From: an uncultured Chloroflexia bacterium
GTDB taxonomy: Bacteria; Chloroflexota; Limnocylindria; Limnocylindrales; CSP1-4
Reading direction: 5' to 3'
Length of the DNA: 64,000 nt
Assembly: GCA_963766735.1 (NCBI GenBank)
Contig: CAVYBU010000002.1
Coordinates: 256,001 to 320,000, forward strand
How positions within the stretch are numbered: position 1 is the stretch's first letter; each line of letters opens with the position of its first letter. The notes below the pieces were generated by a model. That model was not told where the DNA came from. It saw only the letters and a program-made list of their open reading frames with translations, and searched no databases. Made by a program: the position numbers and the translations under genes. Shown in pieces: positions 20,086 through 29,682 of the stretch.

Positions 20086-21573
20086 ATGACCGATTTCGCG
20101 TTCTCGCCAGAGGCTGCCCGGCCCGGTACTGCGCCGGCCGACGCTGCCCCGCCCGACGCTGCCTCGCCCGACGCGGCCCCGCCCCGCACGGCCCCGATCG
20201 ACGCGGCCGTCGAGGCCGCGCTGCAGGCATCGCAGGACGCCCGCGCGGAGTCCCTGCTGGAGTTCGCGCGCATCCCCAGCATCTCGTCGCTGCCGGAGCA
20301 TGCCGCGTCCATGGTGACCGCGGCGGAGTGGGTCGCTGACCGGTTGCGTGGCGTCGGTGCCACCGATGTCGAGGTCGCTCCAACCGCGCTCCACCCCATC
20401 GTGTACGCACGGATCCATGAGGCCCCGGGCGCACCCGTGGTGCTGGTCTACTGCCACTACGACGTCCAGCCGGTCGACCCGATCGAGCTCTGGGAGACCG
20501 CGCCGTTCGACCCGTTCCTCCGGGATGGACGGTTCGTGGGGCGAGGGGTCGCGGACGACAAGGGCCAGCTGGTGATGCACCTCTCGGCTCTCGAGGCGCT
20601 GCGAACGGCTGGGCGGGCGCCCGCGGTGAACCTCACGTTCGTGTTCGAGGGCGAAGAGGAGTTCGGCTCGGAAAGCCTGTACGCGTGGATCGAGGCCAAC
20701 CGCGATCGCCTGGCCGCGGACGTCGCGGTCATCAGCGACACGGGCTACTTCGAGGGCAACGTGCCTGCGATCACGGTCGGACTGCGCGGCAACATGTATG
20801 CGCAGATCGACGTGGAGCTGTCGCCCGTGGACCTCCACTCGGGCAGCTACGGAGGGACGGTGGAGAACCCGGCCAACGCCCTCGCCCGGATCATCACCTC
20901 GCTCAAGGGACCGGACGGCCGGATACGCATCCCCGGGTTCTATGACGATGTCGTGAGCCCGACCCCGGCCGAGCGCGAGGCGATGGCGGCGCTGCCGTTC
21001 GACGACGAGGCCTACCGGGCCGGAATCCCTGTGCCGGCGCTGGTGGGGGAGGCAGGCTGGACGACCCTGGAGCGCCGTGGGATGCGTCCGACGCTGGACG
21101 TGCACGGCATGTGGAGCGGCTTCCAGGGCGAGGGCGCCAAGACGATCATCCCGGCGCACGCCCATGCCAAGGTCTCCACGCGGCTGGTTGCGAACCAGGA
21201 TCCAGACAAGGTGTTCGCCGCCCTCCGCGACTACGTGGCCGAGGTGTCGCCGCCCGGGGTGCGGGTCACCACGACCTTCATCTACGGCGGCGAGCCCAGC
21301 CGCACGCCCCTCGACCATCCGGCCACGCAGGCCGCCGCGCGATCCCTTCGTGCGGTGCACGGCGTGGATCCCGTCTACATCCGCGAGGGTGGCTCCATTC
21401 CGGTGACGGCGGCGTTCGACCACCGGCTGGGGCTGCCCGTGGTGCTCCTCGGGTTCACGCAGCCGTCGGACAACGCGCATGCACCCAACGAGTGGTTCTC
21501 CCTCGAGAACTTCGAGCTGGGCACGCGGGTCATCGTCAGGTTCTGGGACGAGCTCGCCGGGCTGCCCCGGTAG
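20086..21573 (+). CDS. M20 family dipeptidase
   Basis: HYDVQP, GRGVADDKGQ, FEGEEE, DLHSG, GGSIP and HAPNE. Confidence 0.92.
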   Translation: MTDFAFSPEAARPGTAPADAAPPDAASPDAAPPRTAPIDAAVEAALQASQDARAESLLEFARIPSISSLPEHAASMVTAAEWVADRLRGVGATDVEVAPTALHPIVYARIHEAPGAPVVLVYCHYDVQPVDPIELWETAPFDPFLRDGRFVGRGVADDKGQLVMHLSALEALRTAGRAPAVNLTFVFEGEEEFGSESLYAWIEANRDRLAADVAVISDTGYFEGNVPAITVGLRGNMYAQIDVELSPVDLHSGSYGGTVENPANALARIITSLKGPDGRIRIPGFYDDVVSPTPAEREAMAALPFDDEAYRAGIPVPALVGEAGWTTLERRGMRPTLDVHGMWSGFQGEGAKTIIPAHAHAKVSTRLVANQDPDKVFAALRDYVAEVSPPGVRVTTTFIYGGEPSRTPLDHPATQAAARSLRAVHGVDPVYIREGGSIPVTAAFDHRLGLPVVLLGFTQPSDNAHAPNEWFSLENFELGTRVIVRFWDELAGLPR

Positions 21574-21739
21574 CTGCCACGGCCCATGAAACCCTGGTCC
21601 GGCCATCGCGCGAGGGCCGGCCGCCGCGGCCGGACCGGTACCTTCGGCTGGACGACAGGGGTCGGGCGGGTGGCTGCCCCGCTGTGGGCCGGTGCTAGGA
21701 TGCGCGGCAGAGCAACTGCTCGCGGGAGGAACACTGCGC

Positions 21740-22810
21740 GTGACGACGGAACCGGAGACAACGCCGAGGACGACCTGGCGGCTTGACGGCCCGAACGGGA
21801 GCATGGCGCCCCGGTCGGCCATCGAGGTGCTCGTCGACCTGAACGACAAGGTGACCGGTGGGCGGGTCGGTGAGTACCAGCCTGTGCCGCTCGGGTTCAC
21901 CCCGCTCGACAAGACGATCGGTGGCGGGATGCGCGCCGGCGAGCTCCTGCTGATCGGCGGGGCGCAGGGCACGGGCAAGACAACCATGGCGCTCCAGATG
22001 GCGCGCAACGTGGCGTCCGGCGGCCAGGCGAACGTGCTCTACGTCTGCTTCGAGCACGATGAGCTGTACCTGCTCAACCGCCTGATCGCGGCCGAGTCGG
22101 CCCTCGCCCATCTCCCGCACAAGACCGGCGCGATCAAGATCCAGGATGTCCGCAAGGAGATCCTGGGGACCTGGATGGCCGAGGGTGGCGGGGCTGCCCA
22201 GCTCGCCGCCAACCCGCGCCTCCGTCCCTCGTTGGACCGGATCGCACGGTACGGGCAGAACCTGTTCCTGCTGCGCGGCTCGCAGACGGCCAGCACCATC
22301 GAGGGCCTGCGTGAGCTGGTCCGCCAGCACCGCGAGCTGTCGGGCGACCGCCGGCTGGTCGTCATGGTGGACTACCTGCAGAAGGTGCCGGTGATCCCCG
22401 AGCCCCCCAACGAGACCGAGAAGGTGACGTACGTCGTCAACGGCCTCAAGGACATCGCCCTGTCCGAGGACGTGCCGATGGTCGCCATCGTCGCGGCCGA
22501 CAAGGAGGGACTCAAGGCGTCCCGGCTGCGCAACTACCACCTGCGCGGGTCGTCGGCCATCAACTACGAGGCCGACATCATCGTCATCCTCAACGAGAAG
22601 TACCAGATCGTGGCCAAGGTCAACATCGAGTTCAACCCGTACCAGGCGCAGCGCTTCCGGGATTGGGTGATCGTCTCGGTGGAGAAGAACCGCGGCGGCC
22701 AGGACCAGGTTGACCTGGAGTACGAGAAGCACTTCGAGTTCTCCTGCTTCGACCCGAACGGGCGGACGGTGCAGGAGAAGCTGATCGAGGAACGCCTCTA
22801 CAACGACTAG
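21740..22810 (+). CDS. DnaB/SF4 RecA-fold ATPase, C-terminal domain only
   Basis: GFTPLDKTIGGGMRAGELLLIGGAQGTGKTT, LYVCFE, VMVDYLQ, HLRGSSAINYEADII and VEKNRGG. GTG after a GGGAGGA SD. Confidence 0.8.
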   Translation: MTTEPETTPRTTWRLDGPNGSMAPRSAIEVLVDLNDKVTGGRVGEYQPVPLGFTPLDKTIGGGMRAGELLLIGGAQGTGKTTMALQMARNVASGGQANVLYVCFEHDELYLLNRLIAAESALAHLPHKTGAIKIQDVRKEILGTWMAEGGGAAQLAANPRLRPSLDRIARYGQNLFLLRGSQTASTIEGLRELVRQHRELSGDRRLVVMVDYLQKVPVIPEPPNETEKVTYVVNGLKDIALSEDVPMVAIVAADKEGLKASRLRNYHLRGSSAINYEADIIVILNEKYQIVAKVNIEFNPYQAQRFRDWVIVSVEKNRGGQDQVDLEYEKHFEFSCFDPNGRTVQEKLIEERLYND

Positions 22811-22908
22811 GGGCGGGCGGCTGACCTTGCGCCTCCGCGGCGTTGTCGGCTGCGGCCCCGGCGACCCTCGCCGGCGTACCCGGCTCGCCGCGCTGTAGAG
22901 TGGCGCCC

Positions 22909-23427
22909 ATGGACAGCGAGTACGCAGATGCCTTTCCCGGCGTGGTCGAGATCGTGGTGGAGATCCAGCGAGGCACACGCAACAAGTACGAGTTCGACGA
23001 GACGGCCGGCGTCTACCGCCTGGATCGCGTCCTGTCGTCAGCGGTCTTCTACAACTTCGACTACGGGTTCATCGAGGGCACGCGCGCGGACGACGGCGAC
23101 CATACGGACGCGCTGCTGATCATCGACGAGCCCACCTTCACCGGCTGCCACGTCTGGGCCCGGCCGATCGGCGGCCTGGAGATGCGCGACGAGAAGGGCT
23201 TCGACTTCAAGACCCTGTGTGTCGCGATCGGCGATCCCCACCAGCAGCACATCGAGCGCCTCGAGCAGATGCGCCCCCACCGGCTCGTGGAGATCGAACA
23301 CTTCTTCAACACCTACAAGCTTCTCGAGGAGAAGGACGTCGACGTCCTTGGCTGGCGCAACCGGGACCGCGCGCTCGAGGTGCTGACTGCCGACCGCCTC
23401 CGCTTCCAGAACGAGCACGGTGGCTGA
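22909..23427 (+). CDS. ppa: Inorganic pyrophosphatase (family I)
   Basis: EIQRGTRNKYE, LDRVL, YGFIEGTRADDGDHTDAL and EIEHFFNTYK. Confidence 0.93.
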   Translation: MDSEYADAFPGVVEIVVEIQRGTRNKYEFDETAGVYRLDRVLSSAVFYNFDYGFIEGTRADDGDHTDALLIIDEPTFTGCHVWARPIGGLEMRDEKGFDFKTLCVAIGDPHQQHIERLEQMRPHRLVEIEHFFNTYKLLEEKDVDVLGWRNRDRALEVLTADRLRFQNEHGG

Positions 23428-24007
23428 GGGCCTCGACCGGCTGTTCGTCGGGGTCCCCGTTCCAGCCGAGGCGATGGCTGCCTGCGCGGAGCTGTTGGCG
23501 CCCGTGCAGGCCCAGCACGGTGGTCGCGGCGTGCGCTGGGTGCGCACGGAGAACCTCCACCTGACCCTGCGCTTCCTGGGCCTCCTGCCGCCGTCCCGGA
23601 GCGACGGCCTGGGGGAGGCGGTCGATTCGGCGGCGATCGGGATTGCGCCGTTCGAGGTCGTCCTGGCCGGGGCGGGGGCGTTTCCGGGCGACCGACGCCC
23701 TCGCGCGATCTGGCTGGGCATCGAGCGCGGCGCGGACGAGCTCGGCACGATCTCGCGGGCCCTGGATGTCGCCCTGGTCCTGACCGGCATGCCCTCCGAC
23801 GACCGGCCATTCCGCCCGCATCTCACCGTCGCCCGGACCGACGCCGCGGGGACCTCGGGTTCGCTCGCCGTGGCCGCGGCGCTGCGGGAGGCGGCCGATG
23901 GCTGGCGGGTGGGGTTCACGGTGGACCGGGTCGTGCTCTACCGGAGCCACCTTGGCGGCGGCCCGCCGCGCTACGAGCCGATCCACGAGGCGCTTCTTTC
24001 GGGCTGA
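23420..24007 (+). CDS. thpR: RNA 2',3'-cyclic phosphodiesterase (2H family)
   Basis: Two HxT motifs: NLHLTLRFLG and FRPHLTVAR. Confidence 0.9.
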   Translation: MAEGLDRLFVGVPVPAEAMAACAELLAPVQAQHGGRGVRWVRTENLHLTLRFLGLLPPSRSDGLGEAVDSAAIGIAPFEVVLAGAGAFPGDRRPRAIWLGIERGADELGTISRALDVALVLTGMPSDDRPFRPHLTVARTDAAGTSGSLAVAAALREAADGWRVGFTVDRVVLYRSHLGGGPPRYEPIHEALLSG

Positions 24008-24088
24008 GCGGCCCGGCCAGTTGCCGGGGCGGAGCCGGACGCGATAGGCTCGCCTGACCCCACCGCCCCGTACGGAGGTCGCTCGACG

Positions 24089-25462
24089 ATGACCAGCGCC
24101 AAACCCCACCGGACCAAGTTCCTCCTGGACGAGGATCGGACCCCGCGGGCCTGGTACAACATCGCCGCCGACCTCCGGACCCCTCCTCCGCCGCCGCTGC
24201 ACCCGGGTACCGGCCAGCCGATCGGGCCGGCGGACCTCGCGCCGCTGTTCCCGATGGCGCTGATCCTCCAGGAGGTCAGCACCGAGCGCGAGATCGAGAT
24301 CCCGGATCCCGTGCGCGAGGCATACCAGCTCTACCGGCCGTCGCCGCTGCATCGTGCCTACGGCCTGGAGCGGGCCCTCGATACGCCTGCCCACATCTAC
24401 TACAAGTACGAGGGCGTGAGCCCGGCCGGCAGCCACAAGCCGAACACGGCGCTGGCTCAGGCGTTCTTCAACAAGCAGGAGGGCGTCAAGCGCCTCGCCA
24501 CCGAGACCGGCGCCGGGCAGTGGGGCAGCGCGCTCGCATTCGCAGGCGCCGTCTTCGGCCTCGACGTGAAGGTCTACATGGTCCGGGCGAGCTACGACCA
24601 GAAGCCGTACCGGAGGATCCTGATGGAGACCTACGGTGCGGAGGTGGTCGCCAGCCCCAGTGGGTCGACCAACTACGGACGCTCGGTCCTGGCCGCGACG
24701 CCCGACTCCGACGGCTCGCTGGGCATGGCCATCAGCGAGGCAGTCGAGGACGCGGCGACCCGCGATGACACCAAGTACGCTCTCGGCTCGGTGCTCAACC
24801 ACGTGATGCTCCACCAGACGGTCATCGGCCTCGAGGCGCAGGAGCAGATGGCGATGGCCGGCGAGGAGCCCGACGTCATCATCGCGTGCGCGGGCGGTGG
24901 CTCGAACTTCGCGGGCCTGACGTTCCCGTACGTCGGGCGCATGCTCCGCGGCGAGGGGTCCTACCGTGTGATCGCGGTCGAGCCGGAGGCCGCGCCCTCG
25001 CTGACCCGCGGCGTCTATGCGTACGACTTCGGCGACACCGGGAGAATGGCCCCGATCGTGAAGATGCATACGCTCGGATCGGGGTTCATGCCGGAGCCCA
25101 TCCACGCAGGCGGCCTGCGGTACCACGGGATGTCGCCCCTGGTGTCGCTGCTCAAGGAGGAAGGACTCATCGGGGCACGGAGCGTGCACCAGCGAGCCTG
25201 CTTCGAGGTGGGCGTCCAGTTCGCCCGGACGGAGGGCATCCTGCCGGCGCCCGAGAGCACGCACGCGATCCGCGTGGCCGTGGACGAGGCGCTGGAGGCG
25301 AAGGCGGCCGGCGAGGCACGGGTGATCCTGTTCAACCTGTCGGGGCACGGCCACTTCGACCTCACGTCGTACGAGCGCTACCTGAGCGGCGCGCTGGAGG
25401 ACTACGAGTACCCGGCGGCGCGGGTTGCAGAAGCGCTGGCGGGGCTGCCGACGGTGGGGTGA
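24089..25462 (+). CDS. trpB2: TrpB-like PLP enzyme (TrpB2)
   Basis: GSHKPNT, TETGAGQWG, CAGGGSNF, HAGGLRYHG and FNLSGHG. No trpA adjacent. Confidence 0.93.
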   Translation: MTSAKPHRTKFLLDEDRTPRAWYNIAADLRTPPPPPLHPGTGQPIGPADLAPLFPMALILQEVSTEREIEIPDPVREAYQLYRPSPLHRAYGLERALDTPAHIYYKYEGVSPAGSHKPNTALAQAFFNKQEGVKRLATETGAGQWGSALAFAGAVFGLDVKVYMVRASYDQKPYRRILMETYGAEVVASPSGSTNYGRSVLAATPDSDGSLGMAISEAVEDAATRDDTKYALGSVLNHVMLHQTVIGLEAQEQMAMAGEEPDVIIACAGGGSNFAGLTFPYVGRMLRGEGSYRVIAVEPEAAPSLTRGVYAYDFGDTGRMAPIVKMHTLGSGFMPEPIHAGGLRYHGMSPLVSLLKEEGLIGARSVHQRACFEVGVQFARTEGILPAPESTHAIRVAVDEALEAKAAGEARVILFNLSGHGHFDLTSYERYLSGALEDYEYPAARVAEALAGLPTVG

Positions 25463-25492
25463 GGGACGCGCGAGGGGCGTAGGATAGCGGCC

Positions 25493-25759
25493 GTGCCGAA
25501 GCTCGCATGCCGCGCGTGCGGCCGCCAGATCTACACCGTCGCCCCGCTTGCATCCCTGTTCGCGGAGGAGCGTCGCTGTCCGCGCTGCGGTGCGGTCCTC
25601 GACGTGGAGCGGCGTGGCTTCGATCGCCGCCAGGGTCCTCGTCGACTGAACCCGCCCGACGATCCCGGCCCGCCCGTCGAGACGGGCGAGCGGCGCGTGG
25701 GCGACCGGCGAACCGGGCCGCGGCGCTTCGGCGAGGGAGGGAGCCTGGCTGGGCGCTGA
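25493..25759 (+). CDS. Small Zn-ribbon protein with tandem Arg-rich repeats
   Basis: CRACG and CPRCG pairs, then ERRGFDRRQGPRR and ERRVGDRRTGPRR. TAGGAT -10 lies 7 nt upstream of the GTG. Confidence 0.7.
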   Translation: MPKLACRACGRQIYTVAPLASLFAEERRCPRCGAVLDVERRGFDRRQGPRRLNPPDDPGPPVETGERRVGDRRTGPRRFGEGGSLAGR

Positions 25760-25854
25760 GACCCCCATCGCGTTGAGGGTCCCGACTGGTGCGGGCGGTG
25801 CCGGCGCCGCAACTCGTGCGTCGGTATGCCGGTGAGCGGGCGATAATCGCTCCC

Positions 25855-26736
25855 ATGCACATCGCATTGCTCGGGTTCGGGCTCATCGGCGGCAGCATCG
25901 CGCGCGCGCTGGCCGAGGAACGGGACGCGGACCGCGATACGCGAGCCGGCCATCACGTGGTCGCCTGGACGCCCGGTGGCGATGGGCCTCGCCGGGCGCT
26001 GGCGGATGGCGTGATCGACGCGGTCGCCGCAGACCCCGGGACCGGGATCGCCGGGGCGGACCTGGTCGTGCTGGCCGCGCCGCCGCTGGCCTGCGCCGAG
26101 CTGATCCGGCGGCTGGGCGGCGACCTCCGCCCGTTCCTCCCGCCCGGGGCCACCGTGACAGACGTTGCGTCCACCAAGGGCTTCCTCATCCGGACCGCCC
26201 GCGAGGAGGGCGTCCCGTACGTCGGCGGGCATCCGATGGCCGGACGGGAGACCAGCGGCTATGGGTCCGCTGACGCGTCGCTGTTCCAGGGCCGGCCCTG
26301 GGTGATCACGGAACCGGTCGGGGGTGGCGATCCGCGCCCGGTCCGTGCCTTGGCCCTGGCCTGTGGCGCGCGCCCGGTCGAGATGGAGGCGGAACGGCAC
26401 GACCGCCTGGTGGCTGCGATCAGCCACCTGCCGCTCCTGACGTCCGTCGCGCTCGCGGAGGCCGTCGCCGGCACGCCCGGGGCCCCGGCGGAGGACTGGC
26501 CCGAGGCCGCCGCCCTCGCGGCATCCGGCTGGCGCGACACGACGCGCCTCGCCCGCGGTGACGTGACGATGGGGGCGGAGATCGCGGTCACCAACGCCGA
26601 GGCGCTGGCCGTCCGGCTCCGGGCATATCGGGACCGGCTGGACGAGTGGCTCGCCATCCTCGAGGACCCCGATGGCCCAGACCCCGACGTCATCCGCAAG
26701 CGTCTTGCCGCGGCACGCTCCCTGCTGGAGGACTGA
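25855..26736 (+). CDS. tyrA: Prephenate dehydrogenase
   Basis: GFGLIGGS, DVASTK, GGHPMAGRE, HDRLVAAISHLP and WRDTTRLA. Confidence 0.9.
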   Translation: MHIALLGFGLIGGSIARALAEERDADRDTRAGHHVVAWTPGGDGPRRALADGVIDAVAADPGTGIAGADLVVLAAPPLACAELIRRLGGDLRPFLPPGATVTDVASTKGFLIRTAREEGVPYVGGHPMAGRETSGYGSADASLFQGRPWVITEPVGGGDPRPVRALALACGARPVEMEAERHDRLVAAISHLPLLTSVALAEAVAGTPGAPAEDWPEAAALAASGWRDTTRLARGDVTMGAEIAVTNAEALAVRLRAYRDRLDEWLAILEDPDGPDPDVIRKRLAAARSLLED

Positions 26737-26738
26737 CG

Positions 26739-27317
26739 GTGGGTGATCCCGCCGAGCAGGTCCTGGTGGTGCCCCGCGATGCGATCGTGCCCGGTGCGGG
26801 GTGGCTGGGCGTGCGCCGCGACGGCATCGATGCGGCGCTGTCGGTCGTGACCCGCGAAGGGCGGTTCGTCCTGCGCTCCACGGCCGAGGATGATCCAGGG
26901 CTGAAGCAGGTGATCCCATACCTCGTGCTCCGGGACGGCGATCGCTGGTTCCTCATGCGCCGGACGAAGGCCGGGGGTGATGCCCGCCTCCACGACCGCT
27001 GGTCGATCGGCGTCGGCGGGCACCTGAACCCGGGCGACGGGGACGTCCCGGGCGGGCTCCGGCGTGAGTGGGCCGAGGAGCTGGTCGCCGACTTCGTGCC
27101 GGAATTCGCGCCCGTGGGGCTCCTCAACGACGACACCACGTCCGTGGGTGCGGTCCACATCGGTTTTGTGTACGTGGCAGATGCTGCGGGCCGGCCTGTC
27201 GCCATCCGCGAGACCGAGAAGCTGGTGGGCGCCTTTGCGACTTCGGGCGACGTGACGGCGGTCCGCGACGGCCTCGAGACCTGGAGCCGCCTGGTGTTCG
27301 ACGCGCTGATCGATTGA
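26739..27317 (+). CDS. NUDIX-family phosphoesterase
   Basis: KQVIPY, SIGVGGHLN, GLRREWAEEL and NDDTTSVGAVHIG. Confidence 0.8.
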   Translation: MGDPAEQVLVVPRDAIVPGAGWLGVRRDGIDAALSVVTREGRFVLRSTAEDDPGLKQVIPYLVLRDGDRWFLMRRTKAGGDARLHDRWSIGVGGHLNPGDGDVPGGLRREWAEELVADFVPEFAPVGLLNDDTTSVGAVHIGFVYVADAAGRPVAIRETEKLVGAFATSGDVTAVRDGLETWSRLVFDALID

Positions 27318-27382
27318 CCAGCCGGTCGGGCGGCACGGCCCGGGACGCCCGACCCGTCCGGTGCCATACTCGGCGAGGTCCC

Positions 27383-28768
27383 ATGGCTCATTCAACGCGC
27401 GCCGTCCGTCACCGGGTCGCCCGCATCCTCGTGCTGCTGGGCGTGACGTTGCTGGGCGCCGCCGGCGTGGCGCAGGCCGCGGGCGGACAGGTGGTTGTCC
27501 TGACCGCGAACGGGGTCGTGGATGATGCCCTCGCGGGATATCTCGAGGAGGGCGTGAGTTCGGCGGCGGCGGACGGCTCCGAGGCGGTGGTCGTGCAGCT
27601 GGACACGCCCGGCGGCAGCCTTGACGCCACCAACCGGATCCGCAAGGCGTTCCTCGCTTCTACGGTCCCCGTCATCGTGTGGGTGGCGCCCTCGGGCGCC
27701 CGCGCCGCCAGCGCGGGGACGTTCATCACGCTGGCCGCCAACCTTGCCTACATGGCGCCCGGTACGAACATTGGCGCCGCGACGCCCGTCGGCAGCGGCG
27801 GCGAGGACATCGCGGGCACCATGGGCGAGAAGGTCCTCAACGACGCGATCGCGGCCATCTCCGCAACCGCCGAGGCTCGTGGGCGGCCCGTCGACTGGGC
27901 GGTCTCAACCGTTGCGGAAGCCCGCTCCTACACGGCGACCGAGGCCGTCGCGGCGGGTGCAGTCGACGGGATCGCGGAGACGCTGGACCAGGTGCTGGCC
28001 GCTGCCGATGGGCAGGAGGTGACCGTGGCCGGGGGCACGGCCGTCACCCTGGACCTTGCCGACACCACGGTCGTCGAGGCCCCGATGGGACCGCTGCTCG
28101 GCTTCCTGCACCTGCTGTCCGATCCGAACATCGCCTTCCTCCTGTTCCTCCTCGGGGTGCTGGGCCTCGCGACGGAGCTGGTCAGCCCGAACCTCGTCAC
28201 GGGGATCCTCGGCGCCTTCGCCCTGCTCCTCGCCTTCATCGGGTTCGGGAGCCTGCCGCTCAACGTGGCCGGGCTCCTGCTCCTGGCCTTCGGCTTCGTC
28301 CTGTTCGTCCTCGAGAGCCAGATCGTCAGCCACGGCCTCCTGGCGCTTGGCGGGATCGTCTGCCTGGCGCTCGGCGCGGCGGCGCTCTACACAACCCCGA
28401 TGACGCCCACAGCCCCGCTGGTGGCCGTTGCGCCTCCCGTGATCCTGGTCGCGACGGTGACCATCGGTGGCCTGATGGGGCTGATCATCGTGGCCGCCGT
28501 CCGGACGCGCCGGATGCGGGCGACGACCGGGACCCTCGGTGCGGCGGTTCCGGTGGGCACCGAGGGGATCGTCCAGGCGCCGCTGGCGCCGAGCGGCACC
28601 GTCCACCTGGCCGGCGAGACATGGAGCGCCCGCGCAACGGACGAGGCGCATCTGCCTCGCGAAACCCCCGTTCGGCTGGTTGCGTTCGACGGCTTGACGG
28701 CTATGGTGGAGCCCATCGACAACGTATCCGACCAGACATCGCCGTCCGCGAACGCGGAGCGGCCCTAG
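27383..28768 (+). CDS. nfeD: NfeD family membrane-bound serine protease
   Basis: DTPGG, RAASAG and IGAATP, followed by a TM bundle and C-terminal OB fold (GTVHLAGETWSA). Confidence 0.9.
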   Translation: MAHSTRAVRHRVARILVLLGVTLLGAAGVAQAAGGQVVVLTANGVVDDALAGYLEEGVSSAAADGSEAVVVQLDTPGGSLDATNRIRKAFLASTVPVIVWVAPSGARAASAGTFITLAANLAYMAPGTNIGAATPVGSGGEDIAGTMGEKVLNDAIAAISATAEARGRPVDWAVSTVAEARSYTATEAVAAGAVDGIAETLDQVLAAADGQEVTVAGGTAVTLDLADTTVVEAPMGPLLGFLHLLSDPNIAFLLFLLGVLGLATELVSPNLVTGILGAFALLLAFIGFGSLPLNVAGLLLLAFGFVLFVLESQIVSHGLLALGGIVCLALGAAALYTTPMTPTAPLVAVAPPVILVATVTIGGLMGLIIVAAVRTRRMRATTGTLGAAVPVGTEGIVQAPLAPSGTVHLAGETWSARATDEAHLPRETPVRLVAFDGLTAMVEPIDNVSDQTSPSANAERP

Positions 28769-28782
28769 CCCCGGAGGCCGGC

Positions 28783-29682
28783 ATGGAGCTCATCATCGTC
28801 CTCGCGACCCTGGCGTTCATCGCCGTGGTGGTGCTTACGATCCTGTACCTGTCGGTCCGGGTCGTGCAGCAGTTCGAGCGGATGGTGGTCTTCCGCCTGG
28901 GCAAGACGAACGAGTCGATGGTTCGGGACCCGGGCCTCAGGTTCCTTGTCCCGGTCGTGGACCGGCCGGTGAAGGTGGACATGCGCGAGCAGTTCATCGA
29001 GGTCCCGAGCCAGACGACGATCACCAAGGACAACGCACCGATCAACGTCGACTTCCTGATCTACTGGCGGATCGCGGACGCGCTCAAGAGCGTCGTCAAC
29101 GTCGCCAACTTCCCGGGCGCGCTCCAGGGCGTCGCGACCACCACCCTCCGCGCGGTCATCGGCGACATCCTGCTCGACGACGTCCTGTCCAAGCGCGAGC
29201 AGATCAACGAGGTCCTTCGGATCAAGCTGGACGAGATCACCGAGCGCTGGGGCGGCAAGATCACGACCGTGGAGATCCGCGAGATCACGCCGCCCCGCGA
29301 CGTGCAGGACGCGATGAACCGCCAGCTGTCCGCCGAGCGGACACGGCGCGCCGTGATCACCGAGTCCGAAGGTTCCCGGCAGTCGGCGATCAACGTCGCC
29401 GAGGGCCAGAAGCAGGCCGAGATCCTCAAGGCCGAGGGCGAGCGCCAGGCGGCCATCCTTCGGGCCGAGGGCTTCAGCATGGCCCTGGAGCGGATCTACG
29501 CGGCCGCGAGGGGCATCGACGACAAGACGATGTCGCTGCAGTATCTCGAGGCGCTCAAGGCGCTGGGCGCCAGTCCGTCCACGAAGTTCGTCATTCCGAC
29601 CGAGTTCACGCGTCTCGCCGAGCGGATCGGCAGCTACGTGGGGCAGGGAATGGGCGCCGGGGGTGGGGCTGCGGATCGGTGA
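28783..29682 (+). CDS. SPFH/stomatin (slipin) family protein
   Basis: N-terminal TM, QTTITKDN, TTLRAVIG and AERTRRA coiled coil. Canonical pairing with nfeD. Confidence 0.92.
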   Translation: MELIIVLATLAFIAVVVLTILYLSVRVVQQFERMVVFRLGKTNESMVRDPGLRFLVPVVDRPVKVDMREQFIEVPSQTTITKDNAPINVDFLIYWRIADALKSVVNVANFPGALQGVATTTLRAVIGDILLDDVLSKREQINEVLRIKLDEITERWGGKITTVEIREITPPRDVQDAMNRQLSAERTRRAVITESEGSRQSAINVAEGQKQAEILKAEGERQAAILRAEGFSMALERIYAAARGIDDKTMSLQYLEALKALGASPSTKFVIPTEFTRLAERIGSYVGQGMGAGGGAADR

